64,000 bases of DNA from Candidatus Bathyarchaeota archaeon (GTDB taxonomy: Archaea; Thermoproteota; Bathyarchaeia; Bathyarchaeales; Bathycorpusculaceae): NCBI GenBank assembly GCA_963826715.1, contig CAWGYA010000008.1, forward strand, positions 992,001 through 1,056,000. Reading direction: 5' to 3'. A program made the translations under genes and the position numbers. The notes beneath the pieces are model-generated. The model did no database searches, was not told the origin of the DNA, and saw only the letters and a list, made by a program, of their open reading frames with translations. This document shows, in pieces, positions 10,242-20,762 of the stretch (position 1 is its first letter; the number at the start of each line of letters is the position of its first letter).

Positions 10242-11519
10242 ATGCCCAAGTACGTAATAGTCGGCGCTTCCGCAGCAGGAATTGGCGCAGTGGAAGCAAT
10301 TCATCAAGCAGACCCGCAAGCAACAATTACTATAATCTCCGATGAAGCCTGTCCTCACTACAGTCGCCCCATGATAAGCGACTTTGTCAGCGGCAAAGCA
10401 GACTTCCCTAAGATGAAGTGCCGAGACGACACTTTCTGGATCCAACACAACGCCCAAGCCCTTACAGACAAAAAAGCTACTGCCCTCAATCTCGCAGACA
10501 AAATAGTGACGCTAGAAGGGGGCGAAAAAGTTAGTTACGAGAAGCTTTTGTTGGCGACAGGTGGCAAGCCATTCGTTCCAAAGATGGAGGGCCAAGAAAA
10601 AGACGGCATATTTACATTTACAACTATAAAAGATGCTGAGAGTTTAGTTGCCAAAATGGAGGCTATACAAGCCAAGTCCGCCGTTGTAATCGGCGCAGGC
10701 TTAATCGGTTTAAGCGTAACCGATGCGCTTACTAAACGCGGTTTGAAAGTCACCATGGTTGAGCTGCAGGAAAAAATCCTAAGCCTTCTGCTTGACCCTA
10801 AGGCCGCAGACATAATAGAGAGCGCTGTGAAAGCCGCAGGTGTTGACATCCTGACTGGGCAGTCAGTTCAGAAAATAATCGGTAGAACAGATAATGAAGG
10901 CTCAGTCGGCGGTGTCATCTTAACCAAAGGTGACACAGTGCCTTGTGATCTTGTAATCGTAGCCATCGGCGTTATTCCAAGAACCGAGCTAGTTGCAGGG
11001 ACCGAGGTGAAAACTAACCGCGGTATAGTGGTCGATAATACAATGCAGACCAACGTGCCCGATGTTTACGCTAGCGGCGATGTGGCAGAAGCGTATGATT
11101 TCATCTTGGGGCAAAACAGGTTATTGCCGCTATGGCCACTAGCGGTTGAAGAGGGTCGCGTAGCGGGTTACAATATGGCGGGTCAAAAAACCCTGTATAA
11201 TGGTGGAACTAACATGAGTAGCCTAAAATACTTCGGAATACCCATCGTTTCCATAGGTTTAGCTAACCCCAAAGACGACCCAACACTGGAAGTTCTCATA
11301 AAAGCTGATATTCCAAAAGTATACAAAAAAATTGTGCTAAAAAACAACGTTATTGTAGGCATGACTTTGGTGAATTGCATAGAACGCGCAGGAACGCTAT
11401 TCTATCTTATGAAACACGCAATAAACATTAAGAAATTCAAGTCTCAGTTGCTCTCCGACGACTTCAGTTTAGCTGTTCTGCCTAAGAGCCTCCAGAAACA
11501 AATGACTTTGGTGCAGTAA
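10242..11519 (+). CDS. NAD(P)/FAD-dependent oxidoreductase (pyridine nucleotide-disulfide family)
   Basis: IVGASAAG FAD motif, LLLATG, VVIGAGLIG NAD motif, T..PDVYASGD. Confidence 0.9.
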   Translation: MPKYVIVGASAAGIGAVEAIHQADPQATITIISDEACPHYSRPMISDFVSGKADFPKMKCRDDTFWIQHNAQALTDKKATALNLADKIVTLEGGEKVSYEKLLLATGGKPFVPKMEGQEKDGIFTFTTIKDAESLVAKMEAIQAKSAVVIGAGLIGLSVTDALTKRGLKVTMVELQEKILSLLLDPKAADIIESAVKAAGVDILTGQSVQKIIGRTDNEGSVGGVILTKGDTVPCDLVIVAIGVIPRTELVAGTEVKTNRGIVVDNTMQTNVPDVYASGDVAEAYDFILGQNRLLPLWPLAVEEGRVAGYNMAGQKTLYNGGTNMSSLKYFGIPIVSIGLANPKDDPTLEVLIKADIPKVYKKIVLKNNVIVGMTLVNCIERAGTLFYLMKHAINIKKFKSQLLSDDFSLAVLPKSLQKQMTLVQ

Positions 11520-11521
11520 GA

Positions 11522-12643
11522 ATGGACAAAAACGATAGAAAAATAATTAATCCATATGATGATGACAAGGATTTCTCAGCTTGCGGTATATTCGCCATGA
11601 TGAACACTAACGGTGATCGCTTTGGTTCCAAAGATCCTGTGCGCGCCATGGCAAACATGCATGATCGAGGTAACGGCCTCGGAGGCGGCTTCGCGGTTTA
11701 TGGTATATACCCAGACTTCAAGGACTATTATGCTTTCCACGTCATGTACCTGAGTAAAGAAGCTAAAGAAAGAACTGACCGAATCTTAGCCTCTAAATTT
11801 GATATAGTTTATGACGAAGAAATGCAAACCCGTTCATCTGCGGATGTGCAAAACCCACCGCTGGTTTGGCGTTACTTCGTCCACCCCAAAAAAGGGCAAC
11901 CCGCTGAAAACCAGTCTGAAGAAGATTATGTGATAGAAGCAGTAATGCGGATCAACACCGAAACAGGAAAAGCCTTCGTCTTCTCAAGCGGCAAAGATAT
12001 GGGTGTCTTTAAAGGTGTAGGCTTCCCCGAAGGCGTCGCGGACTTCTTTTGTCTCGAAGACTATCAAGGCTACCTTTGGACATGCCACAGTCGATTTCCA
12101 ACCAACACGCCAGGTTGGTGGGGGGGAGCACACCCTTTTAACATTCTTGACTGGACAGTCGTGCACAACGGGGAGCTCTCCAGTTACGGTATTAACCGTC
12201 GCTATCTGGAGATGTACCGTTACAAATGTACGATGCAAACCGACACCGAAGTTCTGGCGTATGCGGTTGATCTACTCATTCGCCGTCAACATCTTCCAGT
12301 GGAACTCGTCGCTCAAGTTTTTGCCTCGCCACTTTGGGAAGAAATTGACAAGATGGAATCAAAACAAGCTAACCTACTTCGAGCGCTTCGTCAAACATAT
12401 GGAAGCCTGCTCATGAACGGACCTTTCGGTATAGTCATCGCCCACCATGGCGAGATGATTGGATTGGGGGATCGCATTAAATTGCGACCTATGGTAGCCG
12501 GCATCAAAGGTGATTTCCAATTTATCTCATCAGAGGAAGCTGCTATGCGACTTGTCTCCCCTCAACTGGACAAGTTTTGGGCACCACGCGGCGGCGAACC
12601 TGTTGTTTGCAGACTAAAAAACATTAAAATGGGAGGCACCTAA
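11522..12643 (+). CDS. Glutamate synthase class-II glutamine amidotransferase subunit (GltB1-like)
   Basis: SACGIF (Ntn Cys after a short propeptide), HSRFPTNT, GAHPF, VVHNGE and TDTEV. Confidence 0.9.
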   Translation: MDKNDRKIINPYDDDKDFSACGIFAMMNTNGDRFGSKDPVRAMANMHDRGNGLGGGFAVYGIYPDFKDYYAFHVMYLSKEAKERTDRILASKFDIVYDEEMQTRSSADVQNPPLVWRYFVHPKKGQPAENQSEEDYVIEAVMRINTETGKAFVFSSGKDMGVFKGVGFPEGVADFFCLEDYQGYLWTCHSRFPTNTPGWWGGAHPFNILDWTVVHNGELSSYGINRRYLEMYRYKCTMQTDTEVLAYAVDLLIRRQHLPVELVAQVFASPLWEEIDKMESKQANLLRALRQTYGSLLMNGPFGIVIAHHGEMIGLGDRIKLRPMVAGIKGDFQFISSEEAAMRLVSPQLDKFWAPRGGEPVVCRLKNIKMGGT

Positions 12644-14155
12644 ATGAAAACTTACGTATTACCTGAATACTTAGTTGAACGCGACGAGAAGCGATGCATA
12701 CGCTGCAAAGTCTGCGTTAACCAATGCACTTACGACACCCACTCTTACGACGCAGAAACCGACACCATCTGCAGCAAAGACGAGAATTGCGTCAACTGCA
12801 TGCGATGCGTAACTTTCTGCCCAACACATGCCATAACAATAAAAAAGAATCCTAACGCAAGCCGAGAAAACGCGAACTGGACATATGACGCTATACGCGA
12901 CGCAAAACGACAAGCAGAGAGCGGTGCCGTTATAATAACAGGTATGGGCAATGACAAACCTGCATTCACTTACTGGGATCGCATCTTGCTAAACGCTAGC
13001 CAAGTCACCAACCCATCAATCGATCCTCTCCGGGAACCTATGGAAATCCGTACCTATTTAGGCACGAAGCCCGATCATATAGATATAGAGTATAATAACG
13101 GTGTGCCCGAACTAAAGACCCAACTAAATCCGCAGCTCTGTCTCGACACGCCCATAATGTTTTCTGCAATGTCATATGGTGCCATCAGTCTAAACGTACA
13201 TGCAGCCTTAGCACGGGCGGCTTCGGAATGTGGCACCTACTATAACACAGGCGAGGGTGGTCTAGACAAAAACCTCTACCAATATGGCGACCATACCATC
13301 GTACAGGTGGCGTCGGGAAGATTTGGTGTCCACCCCAACTATCTTGATGCAGGAGCGGCCATTGAAATTAAGATTGGCCAAGGTGCAAAACCTGGGATAG
13401 GTGGGCACTTGCCAGGCGAGAAAGTCACTGAACCCGTTGCGAAAACACGTATGATTCCCAAAGGCACTGACGCTCTCTCGCCATATCCACAACATGACAT
13501 CTACTCCATCGAGGACTTGCGCCAACTCATTTACGCACTCAAAGAAGCTACCAACTACACAAAACCCATCTCAGTCAAGATTGCAGCTGTACACAATGTC
13601 GCAGCCATAGCAAGCGGCATTGTCCGCGCGGGAGCGGATATAGTTGCGATGGATGGTGTTAGAGGAGCAACGGGAGCAGCACCAAAAGTAATCCGGGACA
13701 ACGTTGGCATCCCCATCGAGTTGGCGTTGGCACAGGTAGACCAGCGTCTTAGAGATGAGGGCATACGCAACCAAGCATCCGTTGTCATTGCTGGTGGCAT
13801 CCGAAGTGCCGCAGACGTTTTCAAAGCCATTGCATTGGGTGCAGATGCAGTTTACATCGGCACCGCCGCGCTAGTCGCTATCGGCTGTACGGTTTGCCAG
13901 CGTTGCTTTACTGGCAAGTGCCCTTGGGGGATAACCACCAGTGACCCCTGGATCGGAAAACGTGTCAACCCTGATATCGCATCACAACGATTGGTTAACC
14001 TGCTAAATAGCTGGAGTATCGAAATCAAAGATATGATGGGGGGCATGGGCATAAATGCCATCGAAAGCCTCCGTGGCAACCGTTTAGCGCTGCGTGGTGT
14101 AGGTTTATCAGAAAAGGAACAAAAAATCTTGGGCATAAAATTGGCAGGAGAATAA
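12644..14155 (+). CDS. gltB: Glutamate synthase FMN-binding subunit (GltB2-like) with N-terminal ferredoxin
   Basis: AMSYGA, NTGEGG, QVASGRFGV, EIKIGQGAKPGIGGHLPGEKV, HDIYSIEDL and CxxCxxC...CP. Confidence 0.95.
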   Translation: MKTYVLPEYLVERDEKRCIRCKVCVNQCTYDTHSYDAETDTICSKDENCVNCMRCVTFCPTHAITIKKNPNASRENANWTYDAIRDAKRQAESGAVIITGMGNDKPAFTYWDRILLNASQVTNPSIDPLREPMEIRTYLGTKPDHIDIEYNNGVPELKTQLNPQLCLDTPIMFSAMSYGAISLNVHAALARAASECGTYYNTGEGGLDKNLYQYGDHTIVQVASGRFGVHPNYLDAGAAIEIKIGQGAKPGIGGHLPGEKVTEPVAKTRMIPKGTDALSPYPQHDIYSIEDLRQLIYALKEATNYTKPISVKIAAVHNVAAIASGIVRAGADIVAMDGVRGATGAAPKVIRDNVGIPIELALAQVDQRLRDEGIRNQASVVIAGGIRSAADVFKAIALGADAVYIGTAALVAIGCTVCQRCFTGKCPWGITTSDPWIGKRVNPDIASQRLVNLLNSWSIEIKDMMGGMGINAIESLRGNRLALRGVGLSEKEQKILGIKLAGE

Positions 14156-14160
14156 ACACA

Positions 14161-14970
14161 ATGCAGGTACCTCAACGAGAAAACTCCAAAATTGTTGACC
14201 AAAAATACCTCCACCGCGTTACCCGCGAAGGTAACACCGTAAAAGTGGACGCATGTGACCTCTACTACAAAGACCTTAACTGTATCCTACGGGCAGTTAT
14301 CCAAACGCCAAATATTGAACGCCTAGAAATCCATAACGTTTGCGGACAACGCTACATAGGAACCGACCTAGACACTACTATTCCCATAGACATCTACGGC
14401 ACTCCAGGTAACGACCTTGGAGCTTTTATGAATGGACCCAAAATCACCGTTTACGGTAATGCTCAGGATGGCTGCGGTAACACTATGAACGACGGTGAAA
14501 TCGTAATCCACGGTCACGCGGGTGACGTAACAGGACACAGCATGCGAGGGGGCAAAATCTTCGTCAAAGACTATGTCGGCTATCGTGTGGGTATCCATAT
14601 GAAAGAGTATCAGAAGAAAGTATCCACCATCGTAGTAGGACACACAGCAGGTGACTTCCTAGCCGAGTATATGGCAGGCGGTATTATTCTTATCCTAGGA
14701 TTGAATTTGGAAGGCTGCGAAAAATGCAAGGCGCGATTCGTCGGTACTGGAATGCACGGCGGAGTCCTTTATGAACGCGGCGAAATCCTTAATCCAGTTG
14801 AGGGAAACAAAACCATTCCAGTCGGAAAACGGGACATGAAAACAATCAAAACATTGGTGCTGCAATACTGTAATTACTTCGGTGGCGATGCCAATGCTAT
14901 CCTTGCAGGCGAATTCAAAAAGATACTGCCCATATCTAATCGACCATATGCTAAACTCTTTAGTCACTAA
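14161..14970 (+). CDS. Glutamate synthase GXGXG beta-helix subunit (GltB3-like)
   Basis: GQRYIG, GTPGNDLGAFM, GNTMNDG and GDFLAEYMAGG repeats. Confidence 0.9.
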   Translation: MQVPQRENSKIVDQKYLHRVTREGNTVKVDACDLYYKDLNCILRAVIQTPNIERLEIHNVCGQRYIGTDLDTTIPIDIYGTPGNDLGAFMNGPKITVYGNAQDGCGNTMNDGEIVIHGHAGDVTGHSMRGGKIFVKDYVGYRVGIHMKEYQKKVSTIVVGHTAGDFLAEYMAGGIILILGLNLEGCEKCKARFVGTGMHGGVLYERGEILNPVEGNKTIPVGKRDMKTIKTLVLQYCNYFGGDANAILAGEFKKILPISNRPYAKLFSH

Positions 14971-15147
14971 ACTCTTTTTGAGTTAAGCCGACGAAATCCA
15001 GTTTTTTGCTCAGTTCAATTGGTACATGTTTCTTTATTAAGCTCCGATTGGTACACGAAAAAAACTGTACCGCATTTGAAACGACCTTGCTTATGAACTT
15101 GAATTAAATCTCTATTACTTTTAATTTTTTAGAAAGAAAAGAATGGC

Positions 15148-16299
15148 TTAGAAGAAACTCTGTATTGGAGAATCTTCTTTAGCACATTGTCCCTTGATTT
15201 CTTCGATCTTAGTTTTGGTTAAGGATTTGATGCTGTTGAAATTGGACATTTCGCCATAGCTTACTAAGGTGATTGCGGTGCCTTCTTCACCTTTGCGTGC
15301 CGTTCTGCCAATGCGGTGGAAATACACTGGTGGTTCATTGGGGACATCGTAGTTGATTATATGTGTAATGCCTTCAATGTCAAGACCTCTTGCTGCAACG
15401 TCAGTTGCGCATAAGAGATTACGTCTGCCATGACGGAACTCGTCGATTGAACGGTCCCGTTGCGCCTGGGTGAAGCCTGCGTGAAGAACTTGAGTTCTGA
15501 AACCTCGTTTGTAGAGTTGATCTGCTAATCTGCTTGTTTCGCGCCGTGTGCGACAGAAAATTATGGCTTTCTCTACACGGTCATCTTGGAGAATGTCACA
15601 AAGAGCGTTAAGTTTGCCGCTTTGATTTACTACTGCAAAGTATTGTTTCATTTGAGTTAATGCGATTTCATCTTTACTGACGAGGATTTTCTCAGGATTT
15701 TTCAAGTATTTGGACGATAAGCGCATAACTGATTCGTCCATGGTTGCGCTGAACAAGGCAGTTTGGTGCTCTTTGGGAATTTTAGAAAGTATGAATTCGA
15801 TGTCTTCAATGAATCCCATGTCAAGCATGCGGTCAGCTTCGTCCAAGACGACAAAACGCACAGAACCCAAGTTTAGTACACGTCTTTCCATTAGGTCAAT
15901 GAGTCTGCCGGGTGTGCCAACGACTATTTGAACTCCATTTGAAAGTGCATGAATCTGTTTGTTGATTGATTCTCCGCCATAGACGGGGAGAACTCTTACT
16001 TTTGCATATTTCCCAAATTTAGCGATGTTTTCCGCGTCTTGATTTGCTAATTCGCGGGTGGGTGCCAAAACGAGTCCTTGAACTCCTCTGACTTCACGGT
16101 TTAAATTATGTACCATAGGTACACCGAATGCGGCAGTTTTGCCTGTTCCGGTTTGTGCTTGCCCGATTACATCTTTGCCTTGGAGTAAGGGCATTATTGC
16201 TTGAGCTTGAATCGGAAAAAGAGTTTCAAACCCGAGTTCTTTTATGCTTCTGAGGACTTCACTATTTAGAGGTAAGTCCTTAAATTGTTGAATTTGCAT
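15148..16299 (-). CDS. DEAD-box RNA helicase
   Basis: Q motif, AQTGTGKT, PTRELA, TPGR, DEAD, SAT, ARGLD and HRIGRTAR. Confidence 0.97.
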   Translation of the reverse strand: MQIQQFKDLPLNSEVLRSIKELGFETLFPIQAQAIMPLLQGKDVIGQAQTGTGKTAAFGVPMVHNLNREVRGVQGLVLAPTRELANQDAENIAKFGKYAKVRVLPVYGGESINKQIHALSNGVQIVVGTPGRLIDLMERRVLNLGSVRFVVLDEADRMLDMGFIEDIEFILSKIPKEHQTALFSATMDESVMRLSSKYLKNPEKILVSKDEIALTQMKQYFAVVNQSGKLNALCDILQDDRVEKAIIFCRTRRETSRLADQLYKRGFRTQVLHAGFTQAQRDRSIDEFRHGRRNLLCATDVAARGLDIEGITHIINYDVPNEPPVYFHRIGRTARKGEEGTAITLVSYGEMSNFNSIKSLTKTKIEEIKGQCAKEDSPIQSFF

Positions 16300-17231
16300 T
16301 TCTGTTTTCTTCTGCCACTTTTTTTCATCATGGATTCTCTAAAAGCTTAGGCAGCTTCGGTTGATACATGAGTTAATGTGACAGGCACCAATGAGACTAG
16401 CGCGTATATAAAAGCTTTTAGCAAAATAGAGGCAAACCAAACATTTAAAATATAAAAACACAGAAACTCAACAAAAATTTCTTTGGGGTCAGCGATTATT
16501 GACGATTTCTCACAGCCATAGGCTCAAAGCCGTCGCCTCACATCATTCCGAGAGCAACATGTGTCTCAGAGAAATTTATCTATTTTGATGAACTTGCAAA
16601 GAGCGACAAAAGATAAGAATGAAATGCAATAACACTCCCTAATTTGGTCAACGGTTTAGGAAGTTAAATTCTCTTGATTAAAGTCTTTTTAGATTTTAGA
16701 GTAATCGTATTAGAGAATCACCTCGCTTTGTCGAGAAGTTAATTTTTTGAATTGCGCTTGATTTCAGCTGTCGAGCAACTTGATTGATCTATATAACCTT
16801 AGAAAACTTGTTTGAGTTATTCAATTTTGTTAAGTTATTTTTTTTCTCATCGTGTTTGAAGATAAGCTTCGACCTGACTTGGGGTGCCTCGCAAGGTGAC
16901 CTCGTCAAAGTAGACGAGGTAACTCATTTCGATTTACCGCTAGAAAGTTACAACGAGGAATAACTATTTTCTTCGAGGGTAACAACCCTAATTAATAAAG
17001 CAGATTGTTGACTAAATTATTTTTAGACTCATTCTGATGTATTTTTTCTATTTAATTTTTATTTATAAAGAATTACAGTACAAGTGAAAAAATCGTACAA
17101 AAATCTGATGGTAAATGCCTTTTGCTTCAAAAGCTTCATTTGTTTTAACGACAAATGACGAATCTAAATGCTTAAACATATCCAAGGGTAGCATAGAATA
17201 ATGCGGTTTATTTTGGAGGTGAAAAAGAGAA

Positions 17232-17300
17232 ATGATATTCGAAGAAGAAGATGAATGGGAAGAAGGCGAAGATGAAGAATGGGAAGAAGAAGAATGGTAG
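17232..17300 (+). CDS. Unannotated 22-aa acidic Trp-repeat micropeptide MIFEEEDEWEEGEDEEWEEEEW
   Basis: GGAGGTGA SD at 17215-17222, 9 nt before the ATG; TATA-like CTTAAA at 17171; T-rich tract after the stop. Confidence 0.7.
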   Translation: MIFEEEDEWEEGEDEEWEEEEW

Positions 17301-17516
17301 GTTATCTATCTTAACAATCTTTGATTATTTTTCTTTTAAATTTCTTATGTAAATCCGTTTTGAAGTACAAAATTTTCTATGTTGATCTCTGATTGCATAT
17401 TCAGTTGAGTAGAAATAGTATTATTTAGAAGTTAAACTATGGAGAACCCACTGGTTATCTGGCAAGCAATAACTATTTAGGATGTAATGTACCCATATTA
17501 CTTTGTGGTTGTTTAG

Positions 17517-17723
17517 ATGAGCGAAACAAAAATTGAAAAAAATCTTGAGAAAGCTACACATGGTATGGCTGAAATGATGCTGGAGGTTATGGATAGACTT
17601 GCCGGAAAAGAATCCGATCTTAAATTAAGCTTTGAGGACTTAACTCTCGATATGGGAATGTTTAAGGCTAAACTTAACGGTGCGATCGTTTTAGATATCG
17701 TATATGCTAAAGAAGCAACTTAG
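17517..17723 (+). CDS. Small hypothetical protein (68 aa)
   Basis: ATG ORF with protein-like composition and an upstream TATTTA; no recognisable motif. Confidence 0.7.
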   Translation: MSETKIEKNLEKATHGMAEMMLEVMDRLAGKESDLKLSFEDLTLDMGMFKAKLNGAIVLDIVYAKEAT

Positions 17724-18029
17724 ACTTAGCATGGGGCGGAGAGATTCCCCCAATCTATTTTATGTGCTTTGTTGAATTCGGGAAAAATCAATAATTAGCC
17801 AAATAGTTTTGTGTTTTTGCAGTCAGTTTAACTTCGGGAAAGGCAATGTGTGTTCACTAGTAAAAATAAAATTGTGAATCATGTCAACGGGAGTGTAGCA
17901 TCGATGGAAATTAATAGTTTCAGAAAACTCATGGAAATAAGTCTCTAAGTTGTTATTTTCTGACCAATTGATGATTCAATAGTTTAAATTTATAACTCAC
18001 AGTTTCAATTCACTATTGGTCATAACTCT

Positions 18030-19862
18030 ATGACGCGAATTGCCGTATTAGACTCTGACAAATGTAAAGTCAAAAAATGTAATCAGCTCTGTGTAAACTT
18101 TTGCCCCATGGTGCGGAGCCGAGTGGAAGCTATACGTGTTGAGGGTAACATAGCCTTAATCTCGGAGGCTCTCTGCAGTGGATGTGGAATTTGTGTCAAG
18201 AAATGCCCGTTTAAGGCGATTAGCATCGTCAATTTGCCTGATGAATTAGAGAAGGATTGTAGTCACCGTTTCAGTGCCAATAGTTTTAAACTCTTTCGTC
18301 TTCCTATGCCATCGCCGGGTACAGTTCTTGGGTTATTAGGGCAAAACGGTATAGGCAAAAGCACCACGCTTAAGGTTTTTTCAGGTGAAATCAAACCAAA
18401 TCTTGGCAAATTTGATAATCCTCCTGATTGGTCTGAAATTATTCAGTACTTTAGGGGTTCAAGTCTTCAAGATTACTTCTTGAAGCTTAGCCAAAAGCAG
18501 CTTAAAGTCAGCAGCAAACCTCAATATGTTGACAAAATTCCTAAAGCAGTCACTGGTAGGGCCGGTGACCTTTTGGAGAAGGTTGATGAGCGAAAACAGC
18601 TTGATGCCATAGCGGAGGAGCTTGAGCTTAAAAAAATTTGGGATCGACCGCTTGAAGTTCTCAGCGGCGGCGAACTTCAGAGGGTTGCTGTTGCGGCAGC
18701 ACTTAGCCGAGACGCAGATGTGTATCTATTCGACGAACCATCTAGCTATTTAGACGTTAAGCAGAGACTAGTGGTGGCGCGGGCGATTCGCAGCCTCAAA
18801 GAGCAGGAGAAAACTATAATCGTCGCTGAGCACGACTTAGCTATTATCGATTACCTGAGTGATCAAATATGCGTTTTCTATGGGGAACCAGGTGTTTATG
18901 GTGTTGTTAGCCATGTACATGGTACCCGTACAGGCATCAACATTTACCTACAAGGATACATCCCAGATGAGAACATTATGTTCCGCAAAGAAAGTATAGT
19001 TTTTCACGAGAAGCCACCGACTGCAGGAGAATTAATTGGTGCACCCCTGCTAAAATGGGGCACGATGGAGAAGACTTTCAAAGGCTTCAAACTAGCCATA
19101 GAGCCCGGAGAAATCCGTTCTGGCGAAATCATCGGCATCCTGGGTCCCAACGGTATAGGTAAAACAACCTTCGTCAAAATACTTGCGGGGATCGAAGAAA
19201 CCGACGACAAATATCAACTTGGTAAATTAACAGTCAGCTACAAACCACAATACATCGCCCCAGACTTCCAGGGTACAGTGCAGGAACTGTTGATGGATGT
19301 GGCGAAAGAAAACTTCACATCCAGCTGGTACAAAACTGAAATCGCTACGCCCCTGCGCTTACAGGTGTTACTGGACCGCGATGTTATGGAACTCAGCGGT
19401 GGTGAACTCCAGAAAGTCGCTATAGCTGCGTGCCTGAGCCGTAAAACCGACCTGTTCTTGCTCGACGAGCCCAGCGCATACCTTGACGTGGAAGAGCGTC
19501 TCAACATGGCAAAAACATTGCGACGCGTCGTTGAAGCCCATGGGATACCTGCTTTTGTGGTTGAACATGACGTGGTGACGCAGGACTTCATCGCTGATCG
19601 CCTTATGGTCTTCAACGGACAACCTGGAGAGTCAGGTTTGGCACATCCACCAACGACTCTAAGAGGCGGTATGAACACCTTCCTAAAAGAAATGAACATC
19701 ACCTTCCGTCGTGACTCAACTACCTTCCGCCCACGCGTCAACAAAGAAGGATCGCAGATGGATGAATTCCAGAAGAGCACAGGCGAATACTATTACACTA
19801 AAGTTACAAAAGAAAAAGAGGAAACAGAAGAAAAGAAGCCTGCTAAAAAAGGCAAGAAGTAG
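18030..19862 (+). CDS. abce1: Ribosome recycling ATPase ABCE1 (RLI)
   Basis: N-terminal Fe-S domain (CSGCGICVKKCP), two ABC domains (GQNGIGKS, GPNGIGKT, LSGGELQ), TFRRD..RPRVNK. Confidence 0.98.
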   Translation: MTRIAVLDSDKCKVKKCNQLCVNFCPMVRSRVEAIRVEGNIALISEALCSGCGICVKKCPFKAISIVNLPDELEKDCSHRFSANSFKLFRLPMPSPGTVLGLLGQNGIGKSTTLKVFSGEIKPNLGKFDNPPDWSEIIQYFRGSSLQDYFLKLSQKQLKVSSKPQYVDKIPKAVTGRAGDLLEKVDERKQLDAIAEELELKKIWDRPLEVLSGGELQRVAVAAALSRDADVYLFDEPSSYLDVKQRLVVARAIRSLKEQEKTIIVAEHDLAIIDYLSDQICVFYGEPGVYGVVSHVHGTRTGINIYLQGYIPDENIMFRKESIVFHEKPPTAGELIGAPLLKWGTMEKTFKGFKLAIEPGEIRSGEIIGILGPNGIGKTTFVKILAGIEETDDKYQLGKLTVSYKPQYIAPDFQGTVQELLMDVAKENFTSSWYKTEIATPLRLQVLLDRDVMELSGGELQKVAIAACLSRKTDLFLLDEPSAYLDVEERLNMAKTLRRVVEAHGIPAFVVEHDVVTQDFIADRLMVFNGQPGESGLAHPPTTLRGGMNTFLKEMNITFRRDSTTFRPRVNKEGSQMDEFQKSTGEYYYTKVTKEKEETEEKKPAKKGKK

Positions 19863-20081
19863 CTATAGGTTTTGTTAGCCGGACCTACCCATCAAATGCA
19901 ACCTTAGCTAACCGCATGCAATCTGCTTAAAGGGCTTCGGGTGACTTTACGATTTTTTGACCAAAGCACCAAATCCTGTTCGGATACGAAACCGTAACGT
20001 GTGTCCTTTGGGGGAAGAAAACAAAGTGGTTTTGGGGCACGTTGGAGTGTATATAAGCAAGTTTCTCCGTTAACCGTACCC

Positions 20082-20762
20082 ATGAAACTAGGTGTGTTGT
20101 TTTCAGGCGGCAAAGACTCAACTTTTGCTTTGCAACTGGCGGCTCAGAAAGAAACTGTAGAATGTCTCATTACAGTTGCTTCTAGAAACAAGGAGAGCTT
20201 CATGTTCCATACTCCCAACATTGACGTGACCCCTTTGCAAGCGGAGGCTTTGGGTTTGCCGCTTGTGCGTGTGGAGACGGAGGGTGTGAAGGAAGTGGAA
20301 CTAAAGGATTTGGAAGCAGCCATCGCGGAGGGTAAGGCGAGATTCGACATTGAGGGGATAGTGACAGGTGCTGTTGAGTCGGTTTATCAGACGTCGCGGG
20401 TGCAACTTATTTGTAACCGATTAGGTCTTTGGCAGTTCAATCCGCTGTGGAAGCACAACCAGAAAGTGCTCCTCGAAACCCTCGTTAAAGAAAACTTTCA
20501 AGTGATTATCTCAGGGGTTTTTGCTTATCCCCTCGATGAGACATGGCTCGGCAGACAAATCGATGCCGAAGTTATCGCACGGCTAGTGGAGCTTGAGGAT
20601 CGATACGGCATTAGTCCCTCAGGGGAAGGGGGCGAGATTGAAACAACTGTTCTTGATACCCCGATGTTTGGGCAGAAAATTGAGGTCACTGATTTTGCAG
20701 TTGAAGCGCGGGGTAACAGTGGGGTTTACGTAATCAAAAAGGCAAGGTTGGTTTCGAAATGA
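20082..20762 (+). CDS. dph6: Diphthine-ammonia ligase-family N-type ATP pyrophosphatase
   Basis: SGGKDS PP-loop, SFMFH.PN, GAV.S.YQ, PLW and GEGGEIET; ATG at 20082. Confidence 0.85.
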   Translation: MKLGVLFSGGKDSTFALQLAAQKETVECLITVASRNKESFMFHTPNIDVTPLQAEALGLPLVRVETEGVKEVELKDLEAAIAEGKARFDIEGIVTGAVESVYQTSRVQLICNRLGLWQFNPLWKHNQKVLLETLVKENFQVIISGVFAYPLDETWLGRQIDAEVIARLVELEDRYGISPSGEGGEIETTVLDTPMFGQKIEVTDFAVEARGNSGVYVIKKARLVSK

